Shown: positions 55,501 to 64,000 of the stretch, piece by piece
How positions within the stretch are numbered: the first letter of the stretch is position 1
How the letters are laid out: each line of letters begins with the position of its first letter
NCBI GenBank assembly: GCA_964016885.1
Contig: OZ024741.1
Coordinates: 48,546,001 to 48,610,000, forward strand
Reading direction: 5' to 3'
Source: Eledone cirrhosa
Lineage: Eukaryota
Length of the DNA: 64,000 nt
Program-made: the position numbers and the translations under genes
Notes under the pieces: model-generated
What the model was told of the DNA's origin: nothing
Seen by the model: only the letters and a program-made list of their open reading frames with translations
The model's database searches: none

Positions 55501-58500
55501 TATTCTCCACTATTACAGTCTAAATATTCTCCACTATTACAGTCTAAATATTCTCCACTATTAGGGTCTAAATATTCTCCACTCTTACAGTCTAAATATT
55601 CTCAACTATTACAGTCTAAATATTCTCAACTATTACAGGCTAAATATTCTCCACTATTACAGTCTAAATATTCTCCACTATTACAGTCTAAATATTCTCC
55701 ACTATTACAGTCTAAATATTCTCCACTATTACAGTCTAAATATTCTCCGCTATTACAGTCTAAATATTCTCCACTATTACAGTCTAAATATTCTCCACTA
55801 TTACAGTCTAAATATTTTCCACTATTACAGTCTAAATATTCTCCACTATTTCAGTCTAGATATTCTCCACTATTACAGTCTAAATATTCTTCACTACTAC
55901 GGTCTAAATATTCTCCACTATTACAGTCTAAATATTCTCCGCTATTACAGTCTAAATATTCTTCACTATTAGTGTCTAAATATTCTCCACTATTACAGTC
56001 TAAATATTCTCCGCTATTACAGTCTAAATATTCTCAACTATTACAGTCTAAATATTCTTCACTACTACGGTCTAAATATTCTCCGCTATTACAATCTAAA
56101 TATTCTCCACTATTACAGTCTAAATATTCTCCACTATTACGGTCTAAATATTCTCCACTATTACAGTCTAAATATTCTCCACTATTACAGTCTAAATATT
56201 CTCCACTATTACAGTCGAAATATTCTTCACTACTACGGTCTAAATATTCACCACTATTACGGTCTAAATATTTTCCACTATTAGGGTCTAAATATTCTCC
56301 ACTATTACAGTCTAAATATTCTCCACTATTACAGTCTAAATATTCTCCACTATTACAGTCTAAATATTCTCCACTATTAGGGTCTAAATATTCTCCACTA
56401 TTACAGACTAAATATTCTCTACTATTACAGTCTAAATATTCTCAACTATTACAGGCTAAATATTCTCCACTATTACAGTCTAAATATTCTCCACTATTAC
56501 AGTCTAAATATTCTCCACTATTACAGTCTAAATATTCTCCGCTATTACAGTCTAAATATTCTCCGCTATTACAGTCTAAATATTCTCCGCTATTACAGTC
56601 TAAATATTCTCCGCTATTACAGTTTAAATATTCTCCGCTATTACAGTCTAAATATTCTCCACTATTACAGTCTAAGTATTATCCACTATTACAGTCTAAA
56701 TATACTCAACTATTACAGTCTAAATATTCTCCACTATTACAATCTAAATATTCTCCACTATTACGGTCTAAATATTCTTCACTACTACGGTCTAAATACT
56801 CTCCACTATTACAGTCTAAATATTCTCCACTATTACAGTCTAAATATTCTCCACTATTACATTCTAAGTATTCTCCACTATTACAGTCTAAATATTCTCC
56901 ACTATTACAGTCTAAATATTCTCCACTATTACAGTCTAAATATTCTTCACTACTATGGTTTAAATATTCTCCACTATTACAGTCTAAATATTCTCCACTA
57001 TTACAGTCTAAATATTCTCCACTATTACAGTCTAAATATTCTTCACTACTACGGTCTAAATATTCTCCACTATTACAGTCTAAATATTCTCCAATATTAC
57101 AGTCTAAATATTCTTCACTACTACGGTCTAAATATTCTCCACTATTACAGTCTAAATATTCTCCACTATTACAGTCTAACTATTCTCCACTATTACAGTC
57201 TAAATATTCTCCGCTATTACAGTCTAAATATTCTTCACTATTAGTATCTAAATATTCTCCACTATTACAATCTAAATATTCTCCGCTATTACAGTCTAAA
57301 TATTCTCCACTATTACAGTCTAAATATTCTCCACTATTACAGTCTAAATATTCTCCACTATTAGGGTCTAAATATTCTCCACTCTTACAGTGTAAATATT
57401 CTCAACTATTAAAGTCTAAATATTCTCAACTATTACAGGCTAAATATTCTCCACTATTACAGTCTAAATATTCTCCACTATTACAGTCTAAATATTCTCC
57501 ACTATTACAGTCTAAATATTCTCCACTATTACAGTCTAAATATTCTCCGCTATTACAGTCTAAATATTCTCCACTATTACAGTCTAAATATTCTCCACTA
57601 TTACAGTCTAAATATTTTCCACTATTACAGTCTAAATATTCTCCACTATTTCAGTCTAGATATTCTCCACTATTACAGTCTAAATATTCTTCACTACTAC
57701 GGTCTAAATATTCTCCACTATTACAGTCTAAATATTCTCCGCTATTACAGTCTAAATATTCTTCACTATTAGTGTCTAAATATTCTCCACTATTACAGTC
57801 TAAATATTCTCCGCTATTACAGTCTAAATATTCTCAACTATTACAGTCTAAATATTCTTCACTACTACGGTCTAAATATTCTCCGCTATTACAATCTAAA
57901 TATTCTCCACTATTACAGTCTAAATATTCTCCACTATTACGGTCTAAATATTCTCCACTATTACAGTCTAAATATTCTCCACTATTACAGTCGAAATATT
58001 CTTCACTACTACGGTCTAAATATTCACCACTATTACGGTCTAAATATTTTCCACTATTAGGGTCTAAATATTCTCCACTATTACAGTCTAAATATTCTCC
58101 ACTATTACAGTCTAAATATTCTTCATTACTACGTCTCAAAATTCTCCACTATTACAGTCTAAATATTCTCCACTATTACAGTCTAAATATTCTCCACTAT
58201 TACAGTCTAAATATTCTCCGCTATTACAGTCTAAATATTCTCCACTATTACAGTCTAAATATTCTCCACTATTACAGTCTAAATATTTTCCACTATTACA
58301 GTCTAAATATTCTCCACTATTTCAGTCTAAATATTCTCCACTATTACAGTCGAAATATTCTTCACTACTACGGTCTAAATATTCACCACTATTACAGTCT
58401 AAATATTCTTCATTACTACGGTCTAAATATTCTCCACTATTACAGTCTAAATATTCTCCACTATTACAGTCTAAATATTCTTCATTACTACGTCTCAAAA

Positions 58501-61500
58501 TTCTCCACTATTACAGTCTAAATATTCTCCACTATTACAGTCTAAATATTCTTCACAAATACGGTCTAAATATTCTCCAGTATTACAGTCTAAATATTCT
58601 CCAATATTACAGTCTAAATATTCTTCACTACTACGGTCTAAATATTCTCCGCTATTACAGTCTAAATATTCTACACTATTACAGTCTAAATATTGTTCAC
58701 TATTAGGGTCTAAATATTCTCCACTATTACAGTCTAAATATTCTCCGCTATTACAGTCTAAATATTCTCCACTATTACAGTCTAAATATTCTCCGCTATT
58801 ACAGTCTAAATATTCTCCACTATTACAGTCTAAATATTCTTCACTACTACGGTCTAAATATTCTCCGCTATTACAGTCTAAATATTCTCCACTATTATAG
58901 TCTAAATATTCTTCACTACTACGGTCTAAATATTCTCCACTATTACGGTCTAAATATTTTCCACTATTAGGGTGTAAATATTCTCCACTATTACAGTCTA
59001 AATATTCTCCACTATTACAGTCTAAATATTCTCCACTATTACAGTCTAAATATTCTCCACTATTAGGGTCTAAATATTCTCCACTATTACAGACTAAATA
59101 TTCTCTACTATTACAGTCTAAATATTCTCAACTATTACAGGCTAAATATTCTCCACTATTACAGTCTAAATATTCTCCACTATTACAGTCTAAATATTCT
59201 CCACTATTACAGTCTAAATATTCTCCGCTATTACAGTCTAAATATTCTCCGCTATTACAGTCTAAATATTCTCCGCTATTACAGTCTAAATATTCTCCGC
59301 TATTACAGTCTAAATATTCTCCACTATTACAGTCTAAATATTCTCTACTATTACAGTCTATATATTCTCCACTATTACAGTCTAAATATTCTCCACTATT
59401 ACAGTCTAAATATTCTTCACTACTACGGTCTAAATATTCTCCACTATTACAGTCTAAATATACTCCACTATTACAGTCTAAATATTCTTCACTACTACGG
59501 TCTAAATATTCTCCGCTATTATAGTCTAAATATTCTCCACTATTACAGTCTAAATATTCTCCGCTATTACAGTCTAAATATTCTCCACTATTACAGTCTA
59601 AATATTCTCCGCTATTACAGTCTAAATATTCTCCACTATTACAGTCTAAATATTCTCCACTATTACAGTCTAAATATTCTCCACTATTACAGTCTATATA
59701 TTTTCCACTATTACAGTCTAAATATTCTCCACTATTTCAGTCTAGATATTCTCCACTATTACAGTCTAAATATTCTTCACTACTACGGTCTAAATATTCT
59801 CCACTATTACAGTCTAAATATTCTCCGCTATTACAGTCTAAATATTCTTCACTATTAGTGTCTAAATATTCTCTACTATTACAGTCTAAATATTCTCCGC
59901 TATTACAGTCTAAATATTCTCAACTATTACAGTCTAAATATTCTTCACTACTACGGTCTAAATATTCTCCGCTATTACAATCTAAATATTCTCCACTATT
60001 ACAGTCTAAATATTCTCCACTATTACGGTCTAAATATTCTCAACTATTACAGACTAAATATTCTTCACTACTACGGTCTAAATATTCTCCGCTATTACAA
60101 TCTGAATATTCTCCACTATTACAGTCTAAATATTCTTCACTACTACGGTCTAAATATTCTCCACTACTACAGTCTAAATATTCTCCACTATTACAGTCTA
60201 AATATTCTCCGCTATTACAGTCTAAATATTCACTATTACGGTCTAAATATTCTCCGTTATTACAGTCTAAATATACTTTGCTACTACGGTCTAAATATTC
60301 TCCGCTATTACAGTCTAAATATTCTCCACTATTACAGTCTAAATATTCTTCATTACTACGGTCTAAATATTCTCCACTATTACAGTCTAAATATTCTCCA
60401 ATATTACAGTCTAAATATTCTTCATTACTACGTCTCAAAATTCTCCACTATTACAGTCTAAATATTCTCCACTATTACAGTCTAAATATTCTCCACTATT
60501 ACAGTCTAAATATTCTTCACTACTACGGTCTATATATTCTCCAGTATTACAGTCTAAATATTCTCCAATATTACAGTCTATATATTCTTCACTACTACGG
60601 TCTAAATATTCTCCGCTATTACAGTCTAAATATTCTCCACTATTACAGTCTAACTATTCTCCACTATTACAGTCTAAATATTCTCCGATATTATAGTCTA
60701 AATATTCTCCACTATTACAGTCTAAATATTCTCTACTATTACAGTCTATATATTCTCCACTATTACAGTCTAAATATTCTCCACTATTACAGTCTAAATA
60801 TTCTTCACTACTACGGTCTAAATATTCTCCACTATTACAGTCTAAATATACTCCACTATTACAGTCTAAATATTCTTCACTACTACGGTCTAAATATTCT
60901 CCGCTATTACAGTCTAAATATTCTCCACTATTACAGTCTAAATATTCTCCGCTATTACAGTCTAAATATTCTCCACTATTACAGTCTAAATATTCTCCGC
61001 TATTACAGTCTAAATATTCTCCACTATTACAGTCTAAATATTCTCCACTATTACAGTCTAAATATTCTCCACTATTACAGTCTATATATTTTCCACTATT
61101 ACAGTCTAAATATTCTCCACTATTTCAGTCTAGATATTCTCCACTATTACAGTCTAAATATTCTTCACTACTACGGTCTAAATATTCTCCACTATTACAG
61201 TCTAAATATTCTCCGCTATTACAGTCTAAATATTCTTCACTATTAGTGTCTAAATATTCTCTACTATTACAGTCTAAATATTCTCCGCTATTACAGTCTA
61301 AATATTCTCAACTATTACAGTCTAAATATTCTTCACTACTACGGTCTAAATATTCTCCGCTATTACAATCTAAATATTCTCCACTATTACAGTCTAAATA
61401 TTCTCCACTATTACGGTCTAAATATTCTCAACTATTACAGTCTAAATATTCTTCACTACTACGGTCTAAATATTCTCCGCTATTACAATCTGAATATTCT

Positions 61501-64000
61501 CCACTATTACAGTCTAAATATTCTTCACTACTACGGTCTAAATATTCTCCACTACTACAGTCTAAATATTCTCCACTATTACAGTCTAAATATTCTCCGC
61601 TATTACAGTCTAAATATTCACTATTACGGTCTAAATATTCTCCGTTATTACAGTCTAAATATACTTTGCTACTACGGTCTAAATATTCTCCGCTATTACA
61701 GTCTAAATATTATCCACTATTACAGTCTAAATATTCTTCATTACTACGGTCTAAATATTCTCCACTATTACAGTCTAAATATTCTCCACTATTACAGTCT
61801 AAATATTCTTCATTACTACGTCTCAAAATTCTCCACTATTACAGTCTAAATATTCTCCACTATTACAGTCTAAATATTCTCCACTATTACAGTCTAAATA
61901 TTCTTCACTACTACGGTCTATATATTCTCCAGTATTACAGTCTAAATATTCTCCAATATTACAGTCTATATATTCTTCACTACTACGGTCTAAATATTCT
62001 CCGCTATTACAGTCTAAATATTCTCCACTATTACAGTCTAACTATTCTCCACTATTACAGTCTAAATATTCTCCGCTATTATAGTCTAAATATTCTTCAC
62101 TATTAGTGTCTAAATATTCTCCACTATTAGAGTCTAAATATTCTCCGCTATTACAGTCTAAATATTCTCCACTATTACAGTCTAAATATTCTTCACTACT
62201 ACGGTCTAAATATTCTCCGCTATTACAATCTAAATATTCTCCACTATTACAGTCTAAATATTCTCCACTATTACAGTCTAAATATTCTCCACTATTACAG
62301 TCTAAATATTCTGCACTATTACAGTCTAAATATTCTCCACTATTACAGTCTAAATATTCTCCACTATTACAGTCTAAATATTCTCCACTATTAGGGTCTA
62401 AATATTCTCCACTATTACAGTCTAAATATTCTCAACTATTACAGTCTAAATATTCTCAACTATTACAGGCTAAATATTCTCCATAATTACAGTCTAAATA
62501 TTCTCCACTATTACAGTCTAAATATTCTCCATTATTACAGTCTAAATATTCTCCACTATTACAGTCTAAATATTCTTCAATACTACGGTCTAAATATTCT
62601 CCACTATTATAGTGTAAATATTCTCCACTATTACAGTCTAAATATTCACCACTATTACAGTCTAAATATTCTCCACTATTACAGTCTAAATATTCTCCAC
62701 TATTACAGTCTAGATATTCTCCACTATTACAGTCTAAATATTCTTCACTACTACGGTCTAAATATTCTCCACTATTACGGCCTAAATATTTTCCACTATT
62801 AGGGTCTAAATATTCTCCACTATTACAGTCCAAATATTCTCCACTATTACAGTCTAAATATTCTCCGCTATTACAGTCTAAATATTCTTCACTACTACGG
62901 TCTAAATATTCTTCACTATTACAGTCTAAATATTCTTCACTACTACGGTCTAAATATTCTCCGCTATTACAGTCTAAATATTCTCCACTATTACAGTGTA
63001 AATATTCTTCGCTACTACAGTCTAAATATTCTCCGTTATTACAGTCTAAATATTCTCCACTATTACAGTCTAAAAATTCTTCATTACTACGGTCTAAATA
63101 CTCTCCACTATTACAGTCTAAATATTCTCCACTATTACAGTCTAAATATTCTCCACTATTACATTTTAAGTATTCTCCACTATTACAGTCTAAATATTCT
63201 CCACTATTACAGTCTAAATATTCTCCACTATTACAGTCTAAATATTCTTCACTACTATGGTTTAAATATTCTCCACTATTACAGTCTAAATATTCTTCAC
63301 TACTACGGTCTAAATATTCTCCACTATTACAGTCAAAATATTCTCCAATATTACAGTGTAAATATTCTTCACTACTACGGTCTAAATATTCTCCGCTATT
63401 ACAGTCTAAATAATCTCCACTATTACAGTCTAACTATTCTCCACTATTACAGTCTAAATATTCTCCGCTATTACAGTCTAAATATTCTCCACTATTACAG
63501 TCTAAATATTCTCCACTATTACAGTCTAAATATTCTCCACTATTAGGGTCTAAATATTCTCCACTCTTACAGTCTAAATATTCTCAACTATTACAGTCTA
63601 AATATTCTCAACTATTACAGGCTAAATATTCTCCACTATTACAGTCTAAATATTCTCCACTATTACAGTCTAAATATTCTCCACTATTACGGTCTAAATA
63701 TTCTCCACTATTACAGTCTAAATATTCTCCGCTATTACAGTCTAAATATTCTCCACTATTACAGTCTAAATATTCTCCACTATTACAGTCTAAATAGTTT
63801 CCACTATTACAGTCTAAATATTCTCCACTATTTCAGTCTAGATATTCTCCACTATTACAGTCTAAATATTCTTCACTACTACGGTCTAAATATTCTCCAC
63901 TATTACAGTCTAAATATTCTCCGCTATTACAGTCTAAATATTCTTCACTATTAGTGTCTAAATATTCTCCACTATTACAGTCTAAATATTCTCCGCTATT
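19583..64000. repeat. 24-bp satellite DNA array (consensus TCTAAATATTCTCCACTATTACAG), >44 kb, about 1,850 monomers, continuing beyond the window
   Basis: Uninterrupted head-to-tail monomers in a single orientation with recurrent variants (CCG, TCACTACTACGG, TTAGGG, and 23-bp and 21-bp deletion monomers). I saw no insertions of foreign sequence. Confidence 0.99.

Noticed and set aside
48628-58521. 3,297-aa SKYSPLLQ-repeat ORF and the other SKYSPLLQ / LNILHYYS / EYLDCNSG ORFs as a giant repetitive protein
   Set aside because: A 24-bp monomer is stop-free in three frames by chance. The starts are GTG/TTG variants inside monomers, there is no unique N- or C-terminus, and frameshifting 23-bp monomers and TAG/TAA variants are freely propagated elsewhere in the array. 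Ribo-seq or proteomics would be needed to revive this idea.
19583-64000. Satellite as a CRISPR array or telomeric tract
   Set aside because: There are no unique spacers, and TTAGGG appears only as isolated single hexamers within variant monomers.

Overview
This is eukaryotic, AT-rich, repeat-dominated DNA with no intact protein-coding gene I can support. The SINE families and the (TA/CA)n load resemble an octopus or other coleoid cephalopod genome, which is an inference from recalled repeat sequences. There are three zones. (1) 1-8.2 kb is a complex (CATA/TA)n microsatellite field. It carries a ~600-bp non-autonomous RTE-type retroelement, whose 5' end folds into an HDV-like ribozyme topology and whose 3' end keeps a zinc-finger remnant, plus a head-to-head inverted pair of ~96-97% identical tRNA-derived SINEs. 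(2) 8.2-19.6 kb holds decayed mobile elements: SINEs, a LINE RT-thumb fragment, a probable non-autonomous Helitron, and five co-oriented CRE-clade (restriction-like endonuclease) retrotransposon 3' fragments. It also has a minisatellite and a possible CCAAT-box promoter region. (3) 19.58 kb to the window end is a >44-kb satellite of a 24-bp monomer (TCTAAATATTCTCCACTATTACAG, roughly 1,850 copies) with nested higher-order duplications. All long ORFs in the supplied track (YI/YM repeats, SKYSPLLQ, EYLDCNSG) are by-products of tandem repeats.
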